Positions 52,811-64,000 of a stretch of 64,000 bases of DNA are shown here, one piece after another; the stretch's first letter is position 1, and each line of letters starts with the position of its first letter. The stretch spans positions 73,284,001 to 73,348,000 of the forward strand of contig NC_042997.1 in assembly GCF_006345805.1 (NCBI RefSeq). Reading direction: 5' to 3'. The DNA comes from Octopus sinensis (lineage: Eukaryota). The notes beneath the pieces were generated by a model. That model was given only the letters and a program-made list of their open reading frames with translations. It had not been told where the DNA came from and made no database searches. The translations under genes and the position numbers were made by a program.

Positions 52811-53039
52811 TACTCTAAGATGTAGAACAGTGAATATTAAATGACCTGAGATGCTCGTCCTGCATTGGTTTTGATTTCCTTCTCTTTTAATATATACCTG
52901 CTGACTCGGAAATCTACACGGATCCAGCCTCAACTGTGAGCTTGGAACCTAACGCATGACCAATTATAGCACTTACGCAGAGTAACCGTTGGTTTAAGTC
53001 ATCAGTTAACTAAACCCAATATATCATATATATCCATAT

Positions 53040-53221
53040 AATAAAAATAAATGCGCCCTTTATAAAGCCTAGCCAGGCTCATGGGCCCGGTCTCCCGGTT
53101 TCAATGACGTATGTGTTCCCCAGCTGGACGAAACGCCAGTCCATCGCAGCATTACTCACTTTTGCCAGCTGAGTGGACTGGAGCAACGTGAAATGAAGTG
53201 CTTTGCTCAAGAACACAACGC
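53040..53221 (+). mobile_element. SINE fragment (octopus-type GCCTAGCCAGGCTCATGGG family)
   Basis: Recognised motif ...CCAGTCCATCGCAG...GGAGCAACGTGAAATGAAGTG. Confidence 0.6.
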
Positions 53222-53222
53222 A

Positions 53223-53224
<2 letters not shown>

Positions 53225-53262
<38 letters not shown>

Positions 53263-53515
53263 TATATATATATATTAAATATATATATATATATAATAAT
53301 ATATATATATATAAATATAATATATATAAATATATATATATATATAAATATATATATATATATTAATATATATATTATATATAAATATATATATATAATA
53401 ATATCTATATATATCTATATATATATATATATAAATAATATATATAAAAAATTATAAAATATATATAAAAATATAAATATATATATATATAAATATATAT
53501 ATATATTATAAATAT

Positions 53516-53546
<31 letters not shown>

Positions 53547-53581
53547 AAATATATTATATATATTAAATATATATATAATAT

Positions 53582-53630
<49 letters not shown>

Positions 53631-53708
53631 ATATATATATATATATATAAATATATATATATTATAAATATATATATATATATATAAATATATAATATAT
53701 ATAAATAT

Positions 53709-53761
<53 letters not shown>

Positions 53762-53791
53762 TATATATATATAAATATATATATAAAATAT

Positions 53792-53842
<51 letters not shown>

Positions 53843-53900
53843 GATATATATATATATATATATAATATAAATATATATATATATAAATATATATATATAT

Positions 53901-53941
<41 letters not shown>

Positions 53942-54067
53942 TATATATATATTAAATATATATATATATATAAATATATATAATATATAAATATATATAT
54001 ATATAATAATATATATATAATATATAAATATATATATAAATATATATATATATATAAAATATATATA

Positions 54068-54099
<32 letters not shown>

Positions 54100-54142
54100 A
54101 ATATATATATATAAATATATATATATATAAATATAATATATA

Positions 54143-54173
<31 letters not shown>

Positions 54174-54189
54174 ATATATTATATAATAT

Positions 54190-54255
<66 letters not shown>

Positions 54256-54471
54256 ATAATATATATATATTTATATATATATATATTTATATATATATAT
54301 TTATATATATATATTTATATATATATATTTATATATATATATATTTTATATATTATATTTATATATATATATTTATATATATATATAAATATATATATAT
54401 ATTAAATATTATATAATATAATATATATATATATAATATATATATATAATATAAATATATATATATATATT

Positions 54472-54520
<49 letters not shown>

Positions 54521-54662
54521 TATATTTATATATATATATTTATATATATATATATTTATATATATATTTATATATATATATATTTATATATATATATTTT
54601 ATTATATATATATTTATATATATATATATTTATATATATATATATATTTTATATATATATAT

Positions 54663-54713
<51 letters not shown>

Positions 54714-54795
54714 ATTATATAATATATATATTTATATATATATATATTTATATATATATATATATTATATATATATATATTTATATATATATATT

Positions 54796-54846
<51 letters not shown>

Positions 54847-54915
54847 ATTTATATATATATATATTTATATATATATATATTTATATATATATATTTATAT
54901 ATATATATATTTATA
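53225..54915. repeat. Degenerate (TA)n array with an A-biased then T-biased half
   Basis: TATATAAA-type units to about 54205, TATATTTA-type units after about 54220. Confidence 0.9.
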
Positions 54916-55037
54916 TTAACAATTAAGGAACGGCCATAATAGGCCATTCACCCACTAGAAATAACAGCCAAAGCTTCTACCGCAAATAAAGATTAATTCC
55001 GTAAACAGGAGAAAATTAAAAAAACATTTACCCTGTA

Positions 55038-55144
55038 ATTTCTTGTACGGTATACCGTTTCATCCGCTGTTTAATGGTAAACTAACCTGATTAAATTAAA
55101 TCAAGCCAATCTTCCATAAGCCCTCGGATTCTTCAGCAAGAAAT
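55038..55144 (-). ncRNA. Type I hammerhead ribozyme, long stem II
   Basis: Reverse complement of 56008-56114. Confidence 0.85.
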
Positions 55145-56007
55145 AGCTCAAGTCGGAACAGATATATACACGAGGCATACCCAATCTTGCCAAGTCAATA
55201 TCTGACCTAAAATTTTCAAATCGTCGCACTCGCGCCAAATTTATCGGCAGCAAATAAATATCAGCCGTCGATTCCATTACGGAATTAACCAAAAAATTCA
55301 TAATTAATCAATATAGGGTGGCAAGGAAAATTTTGTAGAATTTTATTGCCACCAGCGGCCCAGCGGGAAAAAAATTAAATAGTCATAGACCATTTTTAAG
55401 TTCAACATTAACAATTAAGGAACGGCCATAATAGGCCATTCACCCACTAGAAATAACAGCCAAAGCTTCTACCGCAAATAAAGATTAATTCCGTAAACAG
55501 GAGAAAATTAAAAAAACATTTACCCTGTAATTTCTTGTACGGTATACCGTTTCATCCGCTGTTTAATGGTAAACTAACCTGATTAAATTAAATCAAGCCA
55601 ATCTTCCATAAGCCCTCGGATTACAGGGTAAATGTTTTTTTAATTTTCTCCTGTTTACGGAATTAATCTTTATTTGCGGTAGAAGCTTTGGCTGTTATTT
55701 CTAGTGGGTGAATGGCCTATTATGGCCGTTCCTTAATTGTTAATGTTGAACTTAAAAATGGTCTATGACTATTTAATTATTTTCCCGCTGGGCCGCTGGT
55801 GGCAATAAAATTCTACAAAATTTTCCTTGCCACCCTATATTGATTAATTATGAATTTTTTGGTTAATTCCGTAATGGAATCGACGGCTGATATTTATTTG
55901 CTGCCGATAAATTTGGCGCGAGTGCGACGATTTGAAAATTTTAGGTCAGATATTGACTTGGCCAAGATTGGGTATGCCTCGTGTATATATCTGTTCCGAC
56001 TTGAGCT

Positions 56008-56114
56008 ATTTCTTGCTGAAGAATCCGAGGGCTTATGGAAGATTGGCTTGATTTAATTTAATCAGGTTAGTTTACCATTAAACAGCGGATGAAACGGTAT
56101 ACCGTACAAGAAAT
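56008..56114 (+). ncRNA. Type I hammerhead ribozyme, long stem II
   Basis: ATTTCTTG-CTGAAGA-ATCCG[58 nt]CGGAT-GAAA-CGGTATACCG-TA-CAAGAAAT; perfect 8-bp stem I, canonical core, GUA site after 56106. Confidence 0.9.
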
Positions 56115-56334
56115 TACAGGGTAAATGTTTTTTTAATTTTCTCCTGTTTACGGAATAATCTTTATTTGCGGTAGAAGCTTGGCTGTTATTTAGTGGGTGA
56201 ATGGCCTATTATGGCCGTTCCTTAATTGTTAATGTTGAACTTAAAAATGGTCTATGACTATATAATTTTTTTCCCGCTGGGCCGCTGGTGGCAATAAAAT
56301 TCTACAAAATTTTCTTGCCACCCTACATTGATTA

Positions 56335-56474
56335 TATATATTTAATATATATATTTTTATATATATATATTTTTATATATATATATTATATATATTTATA
56401 TATTATATATTTATATATATATATATATTTATATATATATTTATATATTATATATATTTATATATATATATTTT

Positions 56475-56543
<69 letters not shown>

Positions 56544-56550
56544 ATATTTT

Positions 56551-56581
<31 letters not shown>

Positions 56582-56642
56582 ATATTTTATATAATATATA
56601 TAATTTATATATATATATATATTATATATATATATATCTATT

Positions 56643-56677
<35 letters not shown>

Positions 56678-56897
56678 AATATTTATATATTATATATATT
56701 TATATATATATATATTTATATATATATATATTTATATATAATATATTTATTATATATATATTTATATATATATATATTTATATTATATATATATTATATA
56801 TATATATATTTATATTATATATATATTTATATATATATATATATATTTATATTATATATATATTTATATATATATTTATTATTATATAATATATATT

Positions 56898-56928
<31 letters not shown>

Positions 56929-56948
56929 ATTTATAATATAATATATTT

Positions 56949-56981
<33 letters not shown>

Positions 56982-57033
56982 ATCTATATTATATATATAT
57001 TATATAATTTATTATATTAATATATATAATATT

Positions 57034-57081
<48 letters not shown>

Positions 57082-57116
57082 TTATATATATATATTATAA
57101 TATATTTATATTTATT

Positions 57117-57200
<84 letters not shown>
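56335..57200. repeat. Degenerate (TA)n array
   Basis: Direct reading. Confidence 0.9.
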
Positions 57201-57202
<2 letters not shown>

Positions 57203-57377
57203 TAAGAAAGTTTGTTTGGTAAAGCACGTGGGTGAATATATAAGAAAATAGTAAAGTGTGAAAAAACGACAGAAGGCTTAAATGTTAAAATATATATATA
57301 TTTGTGTCAAAATGTCTGGAGAATATTGGAAAAATTTTTTTCCTTTCCTTAAAATGACATAATTAAAAAAATTTTTA

Positions 57378-57417
57378 AAGAAATTACCGGTTTCGCGTGT
57401 AGCTTTTCAAATTTCTT
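57378..57417 (-). ncRNA. Minimal hammerhead, U3:A8 variant (inverted copy)
   Basis: Reverse complement of 60880-60919. Confidence 0.75.
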
Positions 57418-59445
57418 GTGACGTTATGTTTATATTGCATGGAGTTATCGTTGTATTTATTTTCAGGAGATTTCTAAATAAGGGGAGGTAGTGAGTGATT
57501 TCTTCCGGTGTAAGGGAGATAATCGCTTAAAATTTTTTTTTCCTTTTCCCTTGTTCATTTCTCTGTGTCATTATGTTCGGATGGTTTTTCCCTTTCCCTT
57601 GTTAATTTCTCTGTGTCAGTATGTTCGGATGGTTGAGTCTGGGTTTGTACTTTTCAATGAAGAATGTTTCCTTGTTCAGTCTCATTTGTGTTGATGATCC
57701 GAAAGCACATTGGTAAAATGGGAAGATTAAAAATTGTGGCAGTAGTTGCTTTGCGCATTTCTCAATGTGGGAGAAAAACATGGACTTCTTCCAAAAATAT
57801 AGTGAAACCTTCAAAAATGAATTGGGTACAAATAATCCCTTCCTTAAGAAAATTACAATAAATAAAAAAAAAAAACCTAACAACCCACGAACAACCCCCA
57901 ACTATCCTCCATACACTAAAAACAGAAATCACCCACAACCAACCTTTACAAACCACGCTAGACCTAACAGGGAACTACCTGACAGAGGACGCGTCTATGA
58001 AAGAAATTACACCAAAAACAGAACAAACCAACAACATCCTAATACCAGACCCAACCACCATACAGCACAATACGACACTAGGATAAGAAATACACCACAC
58101 ACAAATCACTACTACCCCAATGAACCAAAACTACTGGTCCCCACTAAACACAAGACAAACGCAAAGAAACACTATGTCAAGCAACATCCCACATACAAGA
58201 AGTTCGAAACAAAAATATTTCCCATACAGAAATTTTACACACACCACAAGCATTAACAACCATAGATTCCCACACACACACAACGATCGGAGGCAACAAT
58301 ACCACCACTCCCCCGACCAAATACCACACAACCTCACAGACAACTCATACAAACAAAATTACACCCAACATTTTAGCCAGCCAGGGACCAGGGACACCAG
58401 GACACAGGCTGGAACCTAGTAATAAGGAAAAACGAAGATAATCAATCTTTCAACCAAACCTCTTTCTAACATAAAAATTGACATCCTCGCAAAAGGGCTC
58501 AAATTTACACCAACTCCACGCAGAGCAAACCTAAATGAACTCAAGGATATATAACAGAATTTTGCAGAAAATTAAGACTAGCAGAAGCATCAAACAGTTT
58601 CAATACTGAAGATGAATCACTAGTCAAGAACAAAAGTGAACACATCCCACACAGAGGAAGAAATAAAGATCTTGACGAATTCTGTAACCACATTGAGAAT
58701 CCCCTACCATACTATACATAAACAGAAAGCTAACCCAAATTTTAACACTACACAATGGAAAGAACTGATAGAACTCAAAATGATGAAGATATAACCATTA
58801 AGGAAGCGGACAAGGGAAATGCAGTTGTAATAATGGATACATCATACTACAGAAATCTTGTAATTTCCTTGCTTGATGAAGACCTACATTATGAAAAAAT
58901 TACCAACTACACCCCACAAAAATAATGAAAACTCTATCTTCACTAATTAAAACCCATGAAAAGGAACTGACAACCAAAGAGATTGATTTCCTAACAAACT
59001 TTAAATGCAAACCTAGCCTTTTCTATGGTCTGCCAAAAATTATAAAAGTCAAATTATAAATGAAACCATTAAAAAATCACCAAAGACATACATACACACA
59101 CCTAATCCGGGGGACCTAAAACTACGACCCATTGTAGCTGGCCCAACCTGTGAAACACACAGACTAAGTCTACTTATGGACATCCTCCTGAAACCCTTCC
59201 TTAAACATATCGATAGCCATATCAGAGATGACTTAGATATGTTAAACCACCTTCCAAACAAAAAACAAGAAGAGAAACAATCCTGGTTTCATTTGATGTA
59301 GTCAACTTGTATACCAGTATACCTCACAATTATGGACTGGAGGCAATACAGTTCTGGTTAGACCAATTTCCGGAAGAAATACAAAAAGGATCATAAGGAA
59401 TTCATTACTAAATCAATTGAATTCATCCTACACAATAACCACTTC

Positions 59446-60588
59446 ATGTTTGACAATACATTTTACCGTCAAAAATCCGGAATTGCTATGGGTACAAGGG
59501 CAGCACCAGTCATTGCGAACTTAACAATGGGATACATGGAAATAATCATTTACCAGGAATCTCTATCAATCTTTGGAAACTCCCTCTCTCAATACATAAA
59601 AGAGAATTGGAAACGATTCCTAGACGATTGTTTCATTCTCTGGAATGAAAACATAGATAAACTCCAAAAATTTAAAAACCTATTGAACAGCATAAACCCA
59701 AATATACAGTTCACAATGGAATACAACCAAAATGAGCTCCCGTTCTTGGATATACTAATTAAAAAGATTAACCTCAAAATAGAAACAGACATTTTTTACA
59801 AAGCCACAGACGCCAAACAATACCTTCTTTTTAATTCATGCCACCCAAGACACACTAAAACAAACATCCCCTTCAACCTTGCAAGAAGGATATGCACAAT
59901 AGTGTCAGAACAAAATACCAGGAACTTTAGACTGCAAGAACTCAAAAACACCCTAATTGACAGACATTACCCAGCTCAACTCATAGAGGATGGGATTAGA
60001 CGTGCAACAGAAATCAACATAGAAACTTTAAGAAAAGTTCAGCACAACAACACACCTTCCCCGAAAATACTACCTTACATATCTACATACAACCCCAGAA
60101 ACAAAGAAGCCTTCACCATCATCACCCAGAATTTACCAATACTTCATAAAAACCCAAAATTAAAGGAAATTCTAAACATACACCAAATCATTAAAAGCTA
60201 CAAACAGCCTAAATCACTTAAAAAGATTCTCACAAAGGCAAAATTGTCTTCTAAAATTACGGATGCAAAAGTAAAAAAATGTGGTAGATCGAACTGTGCA
60301 ACATGTCCTAACCTATTGGAAGGATCAGAATTCTTCTTTAAAGAGGGACAGAAATTCAAGATCAAATCTAACTTTACTTGTGCCTCTGAAAACATAATTT
60401 ATGTCATTAAATGCTCGGGCTGCCACCAAGACTACGTGGGTTCCACGGGACTATCACTCAGGCGTAGATGCACACTGCATCGACAACAGATTGCATTCCC
60501 AGAATATAGAATGATACCTTTTAGTGAGCACATTGAGAAATGCGCAAAGCAACTACTGCCACAATTTTTAATCTTCCCATTTTACTAA
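59446..60588 (+). CDS. PLE2 RT C-terminal half plus GIY-YIG (open segment)
   Basis: GIAMGT, WKRFLDDCF, LPFLD, QYLLFNSCHP, CGRSNCATC, IYVIKCSGC...YVG. Confidence 0.85.
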   Translation: MFDNTFYRQKSGIAMGTRAAPVIANLTMGYMEIIIYQESLSIFGNSLSQYIKENWKRFLDDCFILWNENIDKLQKFKNLLNSINPNIQFTMEYNQNELPFLDILIKKINLKIETDIFYKATDAKQYLLFNSCHPRHTKTNIPFNLARRICTIVSEQNTRNFRLQELKNTLIDRHYPAQLIEDGIRRATEINIETLRKVQHNNTPSPKILPYISTYNPRNKEAFTIITQNLPILHKNPKLKEILNIHQIIKSYKQPKSLKKILTKAKLSSKITDAKVKKCGRSNCATCPNLLEGSEFFFKEGQKFKIKSNFTCASENIIYVIKCSGCHQDYVGSTGLSLRRRCTLHRQQIAFPEYRMIPFSEHIEKCAKQLLPQFLIFPFY

Positions 60589-60879
60589 TGTGCTTTCGGA
60601 TCATCAACACAAATGAGACTGAACAAGGAAACATTCTTCATTGAAAAGTACAAACCCAGACTCAACCATCCGAACATACTGACACAGAGAAATTAACAAG
60701 GGAAAGGGAAAAACCATCCGAACATACTGACACAGAGAAATGAACAAGGGAAAAGGAAAAACGATTTTAAGCGATTATCTCCCTTACACCGGAAGAAATC
60801 ACTCACTACCTCCCCTTATTTAGAAATCTCCTGAAAATAAATACAACGATAACTCCATGCAATATAAACATAACGTCAC

Positions 60880-60919
60880 AAGAAATTTGAAAAGCTACAC
60901 GCGAAACCGGTAATTTCTT
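60880..60919 (+). ncRNA. Minimal hammerhead, U3:A8 variant
   Basis: AAGAAAT-TTGAAAA-GC-tacac-GC-GAAA-CCGG-TA-ATTTCTT; 7-bp stem I, palindromic stem III ACCGGT. Confidence 0.75.
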
Positions 60920-61165
60920 TTAAAAATTTTTAAATTATGTCATTTTAAGGAAAAGAAAAAAATTTTTCCAATATTCTCCAGACATTTTGACACAAATATA
61001 TATATATTTTAATATTTAAGCCTTCTGTCGTTTTTTTCACACTTTACTATTTTCTTATATATATATATAGCCTTTTTCTATTTGCAATATGCATTTTCGT
61101 TGATTTTTCATATTTTACCCTTACATTTCCACGTGTATCTTATATTTCTTTTCGTAACATATTTC

Positions 61166-61204
<39 letters not shown>

Positions 61205-61365
61205 TATTTGCAAAGGCTTCTCTTTGTAAATACTGATAGGGCACAGAAAGTGTGTCAATAGCCAGATGGAGACGATGCTCTCCTGGGCTACAACCTACAG
61301 TAGCATCCACCCTTAGTAGTTAGTCACATTTAGTTGGCAAATATACTTCACATTGTCGTGCAGCT

Positions 61366-63435
61366 ACTGTTTATACCTTTTTACACTTTTTCGAGATCAG
61401 TGACTTTTCGTCACTGGAAAAAGGTAGTGATTTTTACCTCTTTCGGGAGAATTTTTGATTTTGGATTCTACGTTTTTTTGTTGCTGCTACTGAGTGAGGT
61501 CGTTTTCATCCGTGTTTTCTGTTGATTTTGAACTGTTGTTTTTGTGAACTGTTTCTTTTGTGTCAGTTATTTTCCCCTGTTAACTGAAAATTTTTCTTGC
61601 CTTTGTGACGCTGATCCAGAAGGACCCAAGCAAGGGGGATAACATTAGTAACTATAGGCCCATAACTCTGCTTAACGTAGAGTTAAAGATTTTGGCCAAG
61701 GTGTTAGCAAAAAGGTTGACGGCTGTCGTGGAGAAGCTTGGTGGGAAGGCCCAGACTTGTGCAATACCAGACAGGTCGATCCAGGACAATCTTCATCTCC
61801 TCCCCTACACCTTAGAGAGGGTAGGTAAAAGGATGGGCATTGGTCCACTTAGACCAAAGTAAAGCATTCGACAGGGTAGACCACCGGTACCTGGGGGCTG
61901 TCCTCAAAGCGGCTGGGATAGGCCCTGGCTTTCGCAGGTGGAGCTCCGCTATGTACGGCGGCATCAAGTCCACCGTCCAGATAAACGGTTACCCAACGGA
62001 GCCGTTTTCGATCAAGCGGTCTGTTCGTGAAGGATGTCCCCTGTCTCCGATTCTGTATGTTCTGGCACTGGAGCCATTGCTGTGGTGGCTGGAGACGTTA
62101 GGCGGGCAACCATATTGAGATTGGATACGGTAAGTTCACTTCTGCTTATGCGGATGACGTCACACTCATCGTGTCTAAAGAAGCACAACTACCTCATGTA
62201 AAAGATGCTCTCCGAAGATACGAAGCGATGGCAGGAGCAAAGGTTAACAAAAACAAGTCCATTGGTTTGCGCCTTGGCACCTGGAGAAACAAGCCGATAT
62301 CATCCAGTGTCGTCGGACACTGGACAGATGATCCTGTTAAGTTGCTTGGAGTTAGGTTTGGTTCAGACTCCCAAACAGAGAAGAATTGGAGCGAGGTACT
62401 GGATAAGGTGGAGGCCACAGTACGGAAGGTCCGGAAGGTCTCTGTCCTTGAAGGGTAGAGCGGAGGTGGTGCAGGTGTTTATAGCATATGTAATCACCTG
62501 CCGCCTGTCCGTTGTGCCTTGCTCCAATTTTTGGCTAAACAAGCTGGTACGACTCCTCTTCCGCATTTTGTGGAGACGGGGAAAGCCACTTGTGAGGCGC
62601 TCCGTATGCTGCCAAGAACCACTAAAGGGTGCTTGGGGATGCCCTGGCTAATGATGCGCAGACATGCGTTGAGGCTGAGACATCTCTGGTGTGGAGTCCG
62701 TTGGCGGAGGAGTTCTTGCCACGACCGACTTCTCTGGAGAGATTTAAACCCGATTTCATTAAAAGACGTAAGCTGACTTTATGGCAGAAGGCTGATCCAC
62801 AAGACGGGCAAAGCCGGCTGCGGGAATACCGTTCAGCATGCTTTTGTAACATGTCGGGAGCTATCTAGCTTGATAAGTTACGTAGAACGTGTTATCGCAC
62901 CTGGGACGAGTACAGCTGTCGGGTGGATCTATAATAAAGATGATACCGCCACCTGGACTCACAAAGGAAGGTAAGGCTTGTTTTTACTCTACGGTTGCAG
63001 TACTAAAAGAGTGTGTATGGAGGACCAGAATGGAAGGTTTTGTGATAGGTTCCTTCATCTCCGGCCCCGGTTTGCTATATTACTTCAGATGCCATCTGAA
63101 GAGCAACATGGAGTTGGAAAGGAAGACCCTGCCACCGAGTGATTACGAAAAACGAGGGAAGGATGTGGGGCCTTATAGGCTGCCGGGTTCAAATTTTTAA
63201 CCTGCATTTTCCCTTTTTCTTTTTAGCTTATGTTATGTTCTCTAGTTTTATTTTTAAAAACAAAAAAGTTCTCGTTGTAAAGGCAAAAGTAAGCCAAGGT
63301 TTCGTTTATGTCATATTACAATTAAATTTTTAAAAGTCTCATTCGAACACATGTAACATTTTTGTATTTGTCTTGTTATGTCCTTTTCTATGTTAGATCT
63401 CATGATCATAATAAAGATTTTATCGAAGACCAGTG
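61366..63435 (+). mobile_element. Tx1/L1-clade LINE, internally deleted (T-rich leader fused to RT at about 61605)
   Basis: NYRPITLLNVELKILAKVLA, LDQSKAFDRV, SVREGCPLSP, AYADDVT; AATAAA near 63410. Confidence 0.85.
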
Positions 63436-63440
63436 ATTGT

Positions 63441-63488
63441 CGTGCGCTGACGATGACAGGTAAATACTCAGAAACCCAGGTCCGTGCG
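63441..63488 (+). ncRNA. Minimal type I hammerhead ribozyme
   Basis: CGTGCG-CTGACGA-TGA...TCA-GAAA-CCCAGG-TC-CGTGCG; GUC site. Confidence 0.7.
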
Positions 63489-64000
63489 TATCGCGTCAGG
63501 TCGACGATGGGAAGGATGGTTTCGCTTTGCAAATACTGATAGGGCACAGAAAGTGTGTCAATAGCCAGCTGGAGAAGATGTTCTCCTGGGGCTACAAGCT
63601 ACATTTAGCAGGCAAATATACTTCACAAACACACACACACACAGAGGGAGGGAGAGAGAGAAAAAGTAGGAAGATAAATTTTTTTCAACACATAAATACT
63701 GAACAGTATATATAATAGATAAAATCCTTTTAAGGGCAGAAAAATATTTCTACTTCTTATACGATATGTTTCAACACTTCAAAAGCAATTATGTTTATTT
63801 ACATATGACGTAATATGTACGTATGTATGTATGTGGGTGTGTATGTATGTATGCAATGTATGTATGTATGTATGTATGTATGTATGTATGTATGTATAGA
63901 TAATTATAAAACGGAGAAAAAAGACAAGAAACAAACAACAACACGAGGACTGGCACATGTAAAGTATTAATAATGCGTTCAGAGAAACAAAAGAGTGGTT

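Larger units (their letters stand above)
54916..56334. mobile_element. 492-bp hammerhead-containing tandem unit in an inverted arrangement (putative non-LTR retrozyme)
   Basis: TTAACAATTAAGG recurs at 54916 and 55408 (period 492); orientation flips at about 55621; HHRs at 55038-55144(-) and 56008-56114(+), half HHR at 55530-55620(-). Confidence 0.75.
57201..61050 (+). mobile_element. Neptune-type PLE (PLE2), 5'-truncated with an inverted 3'-end copy
   Basis: 57201-57769 is the reverse complement of about 60529-61050; ORF1 remnant, KIINLS, RFLDDCF RT, KCGRSNCATC and NIIYVIKCSGCHQDYVG EN; many single-base indels. Confidence 0.9.

Noticed and set aside
55101-56056. 66-68-aa ORFs in the 492-bp unit as proteins
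   Set aside because: They have no recognisable motifs, their frames differ between copies, and they overlap the ribozyme.
61222-63626. LTR retrotransposon (TG...CA direct repeats)
   Set aside because: There is no PBS, integrase or LTR-type RT; the internal RT is Tx1-type, and a TSD-split HHR unit explains the repeats better.

Overview
Animal genomic DNA, most likely an octopus or other cephalopod, judged from recognisable tRNA-derived SINE families, (TACA)n/(TA)n microsatellites and AT-richness. No host gene can be identified; there is at most one candidate 93-bp exon. The window is a mosaic of decayed transposable elements: R4/Dong-type RLE LINE fragments, Tx1/L1-clade LINEs and ORF1-only derivatives, mariner and Tc1 fragments, SINEs, and many Penelope-like elements (PLEs) of Neptune and Naiad type. 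The main hidden signal is RNA-level: about 14 type-I hammerhead ribozyme (HHR) motifs found by manual folding. They fall into minimal canonical motifs, a class with a long stem-II hairpin and GUA cleavage site, and a U3:A8 covariant class. One HHR sits in each unit of a 492-bp tandem/inverted repeat that looks like a non-LTR retrozyme (a predicted circular-RNA-forming unit). Other notable points: a PLE carrying an Ulp1-like cysteine protease and a 2A-like motif; a PLE with a coiled-coil ORF1 joined to RT by a U_UUU_UUA slippery site; and ORF1-only Tx1 elements inserted twice at the same palindromic site in a SINE head. All calls come from reading the sequence by eye. No database search or folding program was run, and coordinates of decayed elements are approximate.
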